Shown here: positions 10,099-18,886 of the stretch, one piece after another | Numbering within the stretch: the first letter of the stretch is position 1 | Layout: each line of letters begins with the position of its first letter | Assembly: GCA_963675495.1 (NCBI GenBank) | Contig: OY776215.1 | Coordinates: 1,760,001-1,824,000, forward strand | Direction of reading: 5' to 3' | Source of the DNA: an uncultured Methanolobus sp. | GTDB taxonomy: Archaea; Halobacteriota; Methanosarcinia; Methanosarcinales; Methanosarcinaceae | DNA: 64,000 bases | Notes under the pieces: generated by a model | The model's database searches: none | Seen by the model: the letters and a program-made list of their open reading frames with translations, nothing else | What the model was told of the DNA's origin: nothing | Made by a program: the position numbers and the translations under genes

Positions 10099-11256
10099 AT
10101 GAAACTTTCCGGGAGCCTATTGAAGATCATAAGTGAAGACCTGATGCCTGTAACTGAAATTGATATAAGGGCTCTGGCGGAAATCTATGCTGAAAAGGAT
10201 ATTTACCTTTCAGTCTATCTTCCGGTGTCCGGAAGGGAAAACGAACATTTGAATCGCATATTTGTGGATTCAAGAGTGAAGTCGATCAAAAAAGCTTTGT
10301 CTTCTAAGCTCAGGTCTGAATTTGAAAAGACCTTTGATATGGCTGAAAAATCAATATTTGAACCTCCAATTTCCGGTGAGAAAGGCAGGGTTATCTTTGC
10401 CAGTTCATCAGAATCTTTCCTGCACGTTTACAAACTGGCTGTGGAGCCGGAGCAGTCACTGGTTCTTGATACATCACCTTTTTTGCTGCCACTGGCAAAA
10501 CTGAGGGCAGACTATGATGACTATGGCGTACTGCTTGTTGATTCCCAGGAGGCTAAGTTCACATGTGTACGCTCGGATCTCACAGAGGAAAAAAAACACC
10601 TATCTATAGACCTGATGAACAAGCACAAAAAAGGAGGATGGAGTCAGATGCGCTTCAACCACCTGAGAAAAGGGGCGATAAAATCCTTTTTGTCTGAAGT
10701 TGCTGATAACATCAAAGGCACATGTGACCAGCTACAGACAAGAGGTCTGGTAATTGCCGGACCCGGAGAGGCAAAACAACAACTAATGGACTTGCTACCA
10801 CAGGATGTCCGGCAGAGTGTACTGGGTGTTATTGACGTAGCAATGGATATTTCCCTTGATGAACTGGTAGAGGAAAGCTATTCTGTCCTGCACGAAAATG
10901 AACTTTCCATATCAAAGAAAAAAGCGAATGAGTTAAAAAACGCAATCTTAAAGGGTGGACTGGCTGTCCATGGTGTGGAAGATGTCAGAGATGCTCTGGA
11001 GCAGGGAAGAGTAAATGTCCTGCTGATCCTGAAGGGTTCATCAGTTTCCGGGTGGATATGTGAGAGATGCCAGAATCTCCAGGCAAATGTTCAGCCTCCG
11101 AAGGAATGTGACAGGTGCGGGGGTCCAACATCAGTTATTGATGTGGTGGAAGAACTCTATGAACTTGCCCAGCGCACAGGTTCAGAGGTCGAATTCGTGG
11201 AAAAAGAGGATTTTCTGGACTCTGATGATGTGGTGGGTGCGTTACTTAGATACTGA
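10099..11256 (+). CDS. eRF1/aRF1-fold protein of the VLRF1/baeRF type (putative peptidyl-tRNA hydrolase or ribosome rescue factor)
   Basis: KHKKGGWSQMRF loop, eRF1 domain-3-like end (VGALLRY), CxxC..CxxC zinc ribbon. The start may be ATG 10144. Confidence 0.8.
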   Translation: MKLSGSLLKIISEDLMPVTEIDIRALAEIYAEKDIYLSVYLPVSGRENEHLNRIFVDSRVKSIKKALSSKLRSEFEKTFDMAEKSIFEPPISGEKGRVIFASSSESFLHVYKLAVEPEQSLVLDTSPFLLPLAKLRADYDDYGVLLVDSQEAKFTCVRSDLTEEKKHLSIDLMNKHKKGGWSQMRFNHLRKGAIKSFLSEVADNIKGTCDQLQTRGLVIAGPGEAKQQLMDLLPQDVRQSVLGVIDVAMDISLDELVEESYSVLHENELSISKKKANELKNAILKGGLAVHGVEDVRDALEQGRVNVLLILKGSSVSGWICERCQNLQANVQPPKECDRCGGPTSVIDVVEELYELAQRTGSEVEFVEKEDFLDSDDVVGALLRY

Positions 11257-11295
11257 GAGATAATTATCTCTCTGTTTTTCAATGATCCTTGCTGA

Positions 11296-11997
11296 TCATT
11301 TGATGCAGTAAAAACCAGCCTGCATGTAAGAATACCAGAACAATTCTACGGTCCTGAATCCTGTTTTTCTTAGTAGTTCCAGATGTTCTTCAATTGTTAT
11401 GGGAAAATATTCAGTATCAAAACGCTTAAGGTGAGTTTCTATTTCTTCCATGCTTCTTCCATGGGTGGACTGGAACTCTCCCCAGTAACTTTTTCCAACA
11501 TCAACGCCTTTTTCTGTAAGCGGCCTGATGTTTTCAAAAGTGATGAAAATAGCATCTTGTTTTAGTAGTTCATGACATACTTTTACGGCTTTGGTTCTTT
11601 TTTCAGGGCTAAGATAATGATGGCATTGGATGGCAGTAATAACATCCGGCCTTTCATTAAGTTCCTGTGAGAATTCCTGTGTTGATGAAGTTCTCAGAAA
11701 TTCAAGCCTTCTGGGAGTATATGATGAAAGTTTTTCCCTTGCATGTTGCAGCATTCCCTCAGATGGGTCAAGCATAAGAAATTTTGTATCAGGGAACTGT
11801 TCAATTGCTTTTGTAACCAGTGAACCGGTACCACATCCGGTATCCATCCAGACATTCGGGCTATTAGGTAGTGACCTGACAAGGTTGATGGTTTCCTGAT
11901 GGAAAATTGAGTAATAAGGAAGAACTGCAGATATTTTTGTATCGTAATCCTCGGGAGGATGAGGTGTCATATTTTCAGAGGGCTCTGTAGAGGACAT
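11296..11997 (-). CDS. Class I SAM-dependent methyltransferase (CmoA-like fold)
   Basis: MDTGCGTG motif I, DPSEGML. Confidence 0.85.
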   Translation of the reverse strand: MSSTEPSENMTPHPPEDYDTKISAVLPYYSIFHQETINLVRSLPNSPNVWMDTGCGTGSLVTKAIEQFPDTKFLMLDPSEGMLQHAREKLSSYTPRRLEFLRTSSTQEFSQELNERPDVITAIQCHHYLSPEKRTKAVKVCHELLKQDAIFITFENIRPLTEKGVDVGKSYWGEFQSTHGRSMEEIETHLKRFDTEYFPITIEEHLELLRKTGFRTVELFWYSYMQAGFYCIK

Positions 11998-12066
11998 GTA
12001 CAAAGTTGGACTATTTTTTACTTTATATCTCCTTTGGAAGAACACTTATATAATGTAACAATTAAA

Positions 12067-12080
12067 TGACTGATTAGTCA
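12067..12080. promoter_or_regulatory. Palindromic operator candidate TGACT-N4-AGTCA
   Basis: Inverted repeat just downstream of a TTATATAA box (~12046) in the divergent intergenic region before the aldo/keto reductase. Confidence 0.45.
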
Positions 12081-12165
12081 ATTTTAGATATGGACTATAG
12101 AAAAACAAATACTGAAAGAGTGCAATTATAATTACAATTCGTTATTGAATAAGAGGATGAATTCA

Positions 12166-13374
12166 ATGTTATACAGAAAAATGCCAAATAACGGCGATGA
12201 GCTTTCAATACTTGGTTTTGGAGCCATGCGCCTGCCGGTCACAGAAGATGGGAGCATTGATGAGGAAAAAGCTATGCAAATGGTTCGCCACTCAATAGAT
12301 AATGGAGTGAATTATGTGGATACAGCATGGCCTTATCATATGGGTGCAAGTGAGCCTTTCCTTGCACGTGCACTTGCAGATGGATATAGGGAAAAAGTGA
12401 AACTTGCTACTAAACAACCACAATGGATGGTCAAAAAACCAGAGGATATGGACAGGTTCCTCAATGCCCAGCTTGAGAAGCTGAATACGGATCACATTGA
12501 TTACTATCTCATTCACAGCCTTGTGGGCAGTAGCTGGGAGAATATCCGGGATCTTGGTGTGGCTGAATTCCTTGACAGAGCCAAAGCTGACGGACGTATC
12601 ATCAATGCAGGTTTCTCATACCATGGCGATCCTGAGGATTTCGTACCAATTGTGGACGGCTATGACTGGGATTTCTGTCAGATCCAGTATAATTTCCTGG
12701 ATGAGAACGTTCAGGCAGGGACAGAAGGACTTGAGTATGCCGCCTCCAAAGGTCTTGGTGTTGTGGTAATGGAACCTCTGCGTGGTGGAAACCTTGCGAA
12801 TCCTATTCCTGCTGAAGCAATGGATATTTGGAACGAGGCGGGTACCAGTCGCAGTCCTGTAGAGTGGGCATTGCGCTGGGTCTGGAACCATCCAGAAGTC
12901 ACTGTTGTGCTTTCCGGTATGACCGAGCCATCTCATGTAGAAGAGAACCTGAAGATTGCAAAGGAAGGTCTTGCCAATTCACTGACCGAAAAAGAGCTGA
13001 AACTTGTTAGCAGGGTTGCGGAGAAATACGCTGAACTCATGAAGATCAACTGCACTGGTTGCAGATACTGTATGCCATGTCCTGAGGGCGTAGATATCCC
13101 TGCATGTTTTGAGATGTACAATAACCTGTACATGTTTGGTGATAAGAACGGAATGCTGAAAATGATGTATGCTGCGAAGCTTGGCGACGTACTCAGAGGA
13201 GCCGAGACGAATTTCGCTTCACAATGTGTACAATGCGGTCAGTGTCTGGATGCATGTCCTCAACATATACCGATACCTGACATGCTGGAAAAGGTTGCAG
13301 AGGAATTCGAAGGTCCTGGTATGGAAGAGCGAAGGGTTTTTGTCAAGCAGCTGTTTGCTAACGATAGCTGTTAG
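12166..13374 (+). CDS. Aldo/keto reductase with C-terminal 4Fe-4S domain
   Basis: LGFGAMRLP, DTAWPYH, MEPLRGG, CTGCRYCMPCP and CVQCGQCLDACP; GAGGA RBS. Confidence 0.92.
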   Translation: MLYRKMPNNGDELSILGFGAMRLPVTEDGSIDEEKAMQMVRHSIDNGVNYVDTAWPYHMGASEPFLARALADGYREKVKLATKQPQWMVKKPEDMDRFLNAQLEKLNTDHIDYYLIHSLVGSSWENIRDLGVAEFLDRAKADGRIINAGFSYHGDPEDFVPIVDGYDWDFCQIQYNFLDENVQAGTEGLEYAASKGLGVVVMEPLRGGNLANPIPAEAMDIWNEAGTSRSPVEWALRWVWNHPEVTVVLSGMTEPSHVEENLKIAKEGLANSLTEKELKLVSRVAEKYAELMKINCTGCRYCMPCPEGVDIPACFEMYNNLYMFGDKNGMLKMMYAAKLGDVLRGAETNFASQCVQCGQCLDACPQHIPIPDMLEKVAEEFEGPGMEERRVFVKQLFANDSC

Positions 13375-13475
13375 ATCCTTAGAATAATACAATGATTGCA
13401 GATAGGGACATCAGATAACCGTAGAGAACCTTAAAGGATTAGCTGGATTTCAGTTGTAGCGAGGAGGTGCTGAAC

Positions 13476-13592
13476 ATGCTTTTCCTTGCACAACCGAACT
13501 CTTGCCTTGTGCTTGCATCTGTGTTGTTGACACTGGCATCTGCTCTTATACTGAAAAGGAGTTTTGTCAAATGGGGCAAGTACTGTGTATGA
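13476..13592 (+). CDS. Putative 38-aa single-TM microprotein
   Basis: Strong SD GAGGAGGTG before the ATG; MLFLAQPNSCLVLASVLLTLASALILKRSFVKWGKYCV. Confidence 0.4.
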   Translation: MLFLAQPNSCLVLASVLLTLASALILKRSFVKWGKYCV

Positions 13593-13728
13593 TATTTATT
13601 TCAATTGAAATTTTATAAAATACAAATAACAAATTAATTAAATAGTATCATTGAGTTTGTTTATGGTGTAGCTATTCTACATTGTTTTGTAGAGTGTTTT
13701 CTTCTATCAATAAAAAGAGCTGAATTTT

Positions 13729-14514
13729 ATGGGAAAGGCATTACTTGATGTTCTGTTTGCTTCTGAAAAAAGAAAGAATGTGATTCTATTACTGAAAGAT
13801 GGCTCTAAGGAAATGAGTTTTCTACTTGATAGTATCAATACTTCAAGACAGGCATTACTTCCGCAGATGAAGATCTTGAAAGAGCACAATCTCATTTATC
13901 AATCGGATGATAGTTACGGGTTGACAAGTATTGGAAATTTATTAGTTAATGAAATGAAACCCTTTCTGGATACTATTGAAACACTGGATGAAAGTAGTCG
14001 CTATTTCACGCAACACAAACTAGATGCTATTCCAAAACATCTCCTGAAAAGGATAAATGATATTAGGGGTTTAACTCTTGTAGAACCCGGATATGTTAAT
14101 TCAATTGAACTCAATGCAGATTATCTTACAGATTGTCTTGACTCCAAAGCTGTTTACTTTGTTTATACTTTTATGCATCCAGGAGCCCTGCCTGTTTTAG
14201 ACCAGTTGACTGATAAAGGCATAGAGGTTTTTATTATCTTTTCTAAAGAACTTATCTCTAAATTGATCGATGAAATGTATGCTGAATGTAAATCTGCTTT
14301 TGGACTTGAAAATGTTAAGATATATGTGTACGAAAGAGATGTAGAAATTTCATCGCTCACGGTTTCTGACACTGGTTTTCTTTTAAGGCTACTTTCCAAA
14401 GATAATGAATTTAGCAATAAACAGGTTATATGCTCCAGTCCAGAAGGGCGCAAATGGGGTAAGGACCTTTATGATTATTACCTTAAAGATGCAGAGCTGA
14501 TAAGTGAAATATAA
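13729..14514 (+). CDS. Winged-HTH transcriptional regulator (DUF1724-type, methanogen family)
   Basis: ASEKRK..LLLL..G, SRQALLPQMKILKE wHTH, C-terminal W..DLYDYY; paralog of 61795-62580. Confidence 0.85.
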   Translation: MGKALLDVLFASEKRKNVILLLKDGSKEMSFLLDSINTSRQALLPQMKILKEHNLIYQSDDSYGLTSIGNLLVNEMKPFLDTIETLDESSRYFTQHKLDAIPKHLLKRINDIRGLTLVEPGYVNSIELNADYLTDCLDSKAVYFVYTFMHPGALPVLDQLTDKGIEVFIIFSKELISKLIDEMYAECKSAFGLENVKIYVYERDVEISSLTVSDTGFLLRLLSKDNEFSNKQVICSSPEGRKWGKDLYDYYLKDAELISEI

Positions 14515-14627
14515 TTGTTTATGTTTCTTTTTTCTGACAAAAAGAGTAATTTAAACTGTTGTAATAAATTCGATACAATGAAATTAAGATCATATTTATT
14601 GTTTTTATTGCCAAAGTTAGGTTAAAT

Positions 14628-14711
14628 ATGAGCAATTACACAATCGAAGAAAAAATCCTTTTAGTGGAAGAGTACATCCACCTTAGAAAATCTATGTGTT
14701 GTGAGAGATAG
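14628..14711 (+). pseudogene. 5' remnant of a GNAT acetyltransferase paralogous to 15381-15794
   Basis: MSNYTIEEKILLVEEYIHLRKSMCCER* aligns with MIDYTIEEKLPSVEEYIQLRKSVGW. Confidence 0.7.
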
Positions 14712-14821
14712 CTAGTTATATTCAGGATATATAGAGCATTAATCTGCTACCTCTGCAATTACGACTTCAAAGTTCTTGCAGGGTATGGAAAATATATCAT
14801 TGGATTCTGTGGAGAAGTATA

Positions 14822-15268
14822 ATGATAACACATGAACAAATATTCAGGAAGGTAATCCATTTAGTGACGCTTGTCGTCCTATACGTCCTCTTGCTGGGAA
14901 TAATCATAGGATTGTTTAATATTTTCCAGAATATAGGATACGTCTGGCTGACAAAGGGTGGCTTTGGCCAGGTAGTGTACAGTGTTCTGACAATTTTTGT
15001 CCTTATTGATCTCTTCAAGGCATTTTCAGATTACCACGTTCACGAAAGGATCAGGCTTACGTATGTAAGTGATGCCACGATCATGATAGTTTTGCGTGAG
15101 GTCACTGTATTGATATACAGTCATGAATTTGAAACAGAGCTTTTATTGTCATTCTCGGCATTGCTTCTGGTATTGGGCATTATAAGGGCTATAGCTGTCA
15201 GGTTTCCACCAAGTGAAAATTCAGACCCCATTTCACCTATCAAAGAAAAGAATATTGAAGAAGAATAA
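14822..15268 (+). CDS. PsiE-family (phosphate-starvation-inducible) membrane protein
   Basis: Four TM segments with VLTIFVLIDLF and DATIMIVLRE signatures. Confidence 0.8.
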   Translation: MITHEQIFRKVIHLVTLVVLYVLLLGIIIGLFNIFQNIGYVWLTKGGFGQVVYSVLTIFVLIDLFKAFSDYHVHERIRLTYVSDATIMIVLREVTVLIYSHEFETELLLSFSALLLVLGIIRAIAVRFPPSENSDPISPIKEKNIEEE

Positions 15269-15380
15269 GATATAAATCCCTGTTCTGCAGAAGAAATTTG
15301 TAACTAAATTTGAATAATCTGGCATGGAAATGAGAATTGAGTTTGTGAAGCTTTTGTTCGTGGATGTGTGAAGCAATAGT

Positions 15381-15794
15381 ATGATAGATTACACCATAGA
15401 AGAAAAGCTCCCTTCAGTGGAGGAATATATCCAGCTACGAAAATCAGTTGGTTGGCCCTATCCCAACAAAAAATCAATAGAGAAGAGCCTGAACAATTCC
15501 AACTATTGCGTTTGTGCTGTTGAAAAAGGCAGGGTCATAGGCATGTCCCGTGTGGTAGGAGATGACAGTTTCATCTTTTTCATTGCGGATGTCATCGTTC
15601 TGCCGAAATACCAGAACCAAGGTATTGGTACTGCACTCATGGAAAAGATAATGTCATATCTGAAGGAGAATGTGCAGGAATATTCTTATATTACCCTGAT
15701 GTCAGCAAAAGGAAGAGAGGCCTTTTACGAAAAGTTTGGTTTTTTCAAGAGGCCTGTGGGTGAGTATGGGTGTGGGATGATGGTTGAACTTTAA
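15381..15794 (+). CDS. GNAT family N-acetyltransferase
   Basis: DVIVLPKYQNQGIG and FYEKFGF. Confidence 0.9.
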   Translation: MIDYTIEEKLPSVEEYIQLRKSVGWPYPNKKSIEKSLNNSNYCVCAVEKGRVIGMSRVVGDDSFIFFIADVIVLPKYQNQGIGTALMEKIMSYLKENVQEYSYITLMSAKGREAFYEKFGFFKRPVGEYGCGMMVEL

Positions 15795-16104
15795 AATGAG
15801 ATTTTTAAGAGATCTTGTAGTGTAAGATCTATCGGGCAAGTATGCTATCTTCTTGCAAACCATTTTTATTCCATTCAATTTAATATAATTCTTTATGGTT
15901 TCTCCTGATCCTATAATTTGAAAAATCACCCGAAAAATATAAATGCTATTTATGAATTCATGATTTTGAACCATGCTCCATTCAAAGCAGTAATAGACCA
16001 AAATCCAAGATTATATGCGTTTTATTAAATACAAAAATAATCAAATGCGTTTTAATTATTTATAAATTCAGCATCATACGGCTTGTTGTGTTTATGCAAA
16101 TACC

Positions 16105-16267
16105 TTCTGACATAAATTCTTCAACAATATTTAAATATGATAATTCGGAATGTGTTTTACAAAAAATATAAATATGGTTAGTTTGTTTTACCCTCGTGCT
16201 GTACTCCTTAAAAACAGTAATAAAATCAAAATTATCTCGAACTCTCATAAATTAATGAGGTGTAAAA
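16105..16267 (+). promoter_or_regulatory. Promoter/leader copy 1 (TATA 16130, GGAA-N6-TTAC 16147-16160)
   Basis: Aligns by eye with 16825-16986 with the same TATA-to-box spacing. Confidence 0.6.
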
Positions 16268-16432
16268 ATGGAAATCGAAGATCTTGTTCTATCTACTCTT
16301 GCTATTGGTATTCTGGTAAGTTTTTTCATCTACGCTATGACGAACTCTCTTCACTCTAGTCTACCATTGGTTGAAACTCTGGCAATTGGTGGTCTTTGGG
16401 CCTATCTTTTCAATAATCCGAATATTTTATAG
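16268..16432 (+). CDS. 54-aa two-TM microprotein, copy 1
   Basis: GAGGTG RBS; MEIEDLVLSTLAIGILVSFFIYAMTNSLHSSLPLVETLAIGGLWAYLFNNPNIL; paralog at 18673. Confidence 0.8.
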   Translation: MEIEDLVLSTLAIGILVSFFIYAMTNSLHSSLPLVETLAIGGLWAYLFNNPNIL

Positions 16433-16824
16433 AATCTCATATCTTGCTTCAATGTACCTGATGTGAGTATGTGTTATGGAATGCTGGTTGGGATTTGAGA
16501 TAAGTCAGCAAATCTTATTTTTGGATTCATAAAGACAAAGACAATCTTTTTTTTATATAGTTAGTGAGTTTAAATTGGGCATTAGATTTTGATTTGATTA
16601 AATGACTTGTAGCATAGTTTTACGGGAATTTTAAATAATGTAGTTTAAAGTTCAGTGCCATACATTTTATATATTTATTGAATTGCCTTTTTATTTCATG
16701 TTCATTCAAAACATAAAAAAAATCAAATTCAAGGACATATGCCGTTTTGTTACTCCAGGTACGTTCAAATGTCCGTTTAAGATTTCTAAATAAAAATCAA
16801 TAGCAATGAATTTTTTCTGATTGT

Positions 16825-16986
16825 TTTCTAACAAAAGTTAAACAATCTTTATATATAGGAATAAGGAATCTGTTTTCCGAAAAATATAAGTAGTATGTAT
16901 TACTTTTTGATTTTACATCATAATTTCTTCAAAACAGAATATGGTTAAAATTGTATGCAACTATCAAAAATATATGGGATGTACGA
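16825..16986 (+). promoter_or_regulatory. Promoter/leader copy 2 (TATA 16848, NrpR-like GGAA-N6-TTCC 16865-16878)
   Basis: TTTATATA followed by GGAATCTGTTTTCC; homologous to copy 1. Confidence 0.6.
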
Positions 16987-18528
16987 ATGAACGATAAAAC
17001 AGATGGTACACAGGCCGGTATAGACTGGGAGCATGGTGCCCAGTGTAGTAAAGTGATATGTGATCCACAGGAACTTGAAAGGACAATCGACTGGAAACAG
17101 GGACTTGCAATAGCATTGGGTGTTCCTTTATTGATCCTGCCTTCAATAGGATATCTGACGAGTTATGTCTGGTCTTTTGCAATAGTTATTTGGGGAGCTA
17201 CGGTTCTCCTCGGGTTCCTGCAAAACCTGGCATTCGGGGAACTTGCAACAGTATTTCCAAAAGCTTCCGGTTTGCCAGGATATACACAGACCGTATTTGG
17301 GTCGAATAAAGATAAGAACAACAAAGGCAAGTTCAAACTAGGAAAATTCATTGGTGGTTTCAGTGCCTGGAGTTACTGGTTCGGATGGAGTCCTGTCCTT
17401 GCTATCTATGCTATTTTAATATCAAGTTACCTTCAGGGTATGGTTCCGGCACTTGGCGGAATTAATTCAACTCTCCTTGCATTGATAGTTGGAGGAGTGA
17501 TCTTTGGTTCTCTTTCTATAATTAATTCAAAAGGACTTAAGAACGGAGCTGCAGCCGGATTTATCCTGGCTCTTATATCACTGGTTCCTCTTCTGGTCAT
17601 CACTATTGCACCATTCTTTACAGGGGACTTCCATATGACTAACATAACAAGCTCATGGTTCCCTACGGACTGGAGCTGGGATGTGAAGCACATATTGATA
17701 CTTCTTGGTCTCTTAGCAATGGCTGAATGGAGTGCTGCTGCCTGGGAAACTGCTGCTATCTATGGTCCTGAGTACAAGAAGCCAAGTAGCGATGTTCCAA
17801 AAGCCCTACTGGTCTGTGGAGCTATCTGTCTTGTCCTCTATGTATTGGTACAGACATCTGTGATCGGTGCTCTTGGCGTTGATGGAGTTCTGGCAGAACC
17901 TATTTCCCCAATGCTTCCACTTGCCAATATGTCCCTTGGTCCTATCGGTGCTTCAATTTCAATAGTAATGTTGATAGGAGCAATGCTTCTTATCATCCAG
18001 ACTGCTTTCCTCTCATCTGCACGTTCTATATACTCAATGTCAGTTGAAGGCAACCTCCCTTCAGTTTTCAGCAAGTTGAACTCACATGGTCATCCTTCAA
18101 ATGCAATGATAGCCGATGCTCTTTTCAACATGGTCCTAATTCTCCTTGGAACACCCACAGCAATTATTGCTGCCTCTGCAATCGGGTACATATGTGCTAA
18201 TGGTATCAGTCTGTACACTTATGTCAAGGTCAGGAACGATCCTGAGATGTCAAAACTGGAAAGGCCTTTCAAAGCTCCAAAAGGATGGAAGCATGTGGCA
18301 CTGGCAACTACTTTCCTGAACACTCCACTATTTCTGATAGGCATAATCTACCTTAATAGCCTTGAACTTGGCTGGGCTGCAACAGGAGTTGGTTTTGCAA
18401 TGCTCTGTCTCTTCATTCCTCTCTGGATGTATTCCCAGCGGGAGTCCAGGAGCAAGATGCCTGCAGCTCATGTAACACATAAAGAACGTGACCTTTTACA
18501 TGAAACGGAACCTGTGCCTCTGGAATAA
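16987..18528 (+). CDS. APC-family permease, methylamine permease (MtmP/MtbP)-like
   Basis: About 12 TM; LERTIDWKQGLAIALGVPLLILPSIG, WSAAAWETAAIYGPEYK and RPFKAP resemble methanogen methylamine permeases as I recall them. Confidence 0.85.
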   Translation: MNDKTDGTQAGIDWEHGAQCSKVICDPQELERTIDWKQGLAIALGVPLLILPSIGYLTSYVWSFAIVIWGATVLLGFLQNLAFGELATVFPKASGLPGYTQTVFGSNKDKNNKGKFKLGKFIGGFSAWSYWFGWSPVLAIYAILISSYLQGMVPALGGINSTLLALIVGGVIFGSLSIINSKGLKNGAAAGFILALISLVPLLVITIAPFFTGDFHMTNITSSWFPTDWSWDVKHILILLGLLAMAEWSAAAWETAAIYGPEYKKPSSDVPKALLVCGAICLVLYVLVQTSVIGALGVDGVLAEPISPMLPLANMSLGPIGASISIVMLIGAMLLIIQTAFLSSARSIYSMSVEGNLPSVFSKLNSHGHPSNAMIADALFNMVLILLGTPTAIIAASAIGYICANGISLYTYVKVRNDPEMSKLERPFKAPKGWKHVALATTFLNTPLFLIGIIYLNSLELGWAATGVGFAMLCLFIPLWMYSQRESRSKMPAAHVTHKERDLLHETEPVPLE

Positions 18529-18554
18529 TAGAATAAGAATACGAGTGCTACACC

Positions 18555-18591
18555 TGGGTCCTGATCTATGAAAATATCAGGATCCATTTTT
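18555..18591 (+). terminator. Hairpin plus T-tract after the permease
   Basis: TGGGTCCTGAT / ATCAGGATCCA stem followed by TTTTT. Confidence 0.5.
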
Positions 18592-18672
18592 AGATTCGGG
18601 TGTATCACTCAAGAACTGAAAAAATAGAAAATTAAAAAACTGGCTTTATTACCTATTTTCACTGGTGTAAAA

Positions 18673-18837
18673 ATGGAAATTGAAAATCTCATTATTGCTA
18701 ATTTTGCTATTGCTATTCTGGCAAGTTTTTTCATCTACTCAGCGACTAATCCTCTCCCGTCAGGAATCACGGTGCTTGAAACTCTGGCAATTGGTGGTTT
18801 ATGGGCCTACCTTTTCAATAATCCAAATATTTTATAG
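18673..18837 (+). CDS. 54-aa two-TM microprotein, copy 2
   Basis: GGTG RBS; MEIENLIIANFAIAILASFFIYSATNPLPSGITVLETLAIGGLWAYLFNNPNIL; same length as copy 1 and identical last 19 aa. Confidence 0.8.
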   Translation: MEIENLIIANFAIAILASFFIYSATNPLPSGITVLETLAIGGLWAYLFNNPNIL

Positions 18838-18886
18838 AAAATCAGATTCCAAGACCAAAAATCTCTTTTCTGATTTTCTAATTTTT

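Noticed and set aside
16430-18873. Pyrrolysine readthrough of the TAG ending both microproteins
   Set aside because: Sequences after the two TAGs are unrelated and hit TGA within 11-21 codons, so TAG behaves as a true stop.
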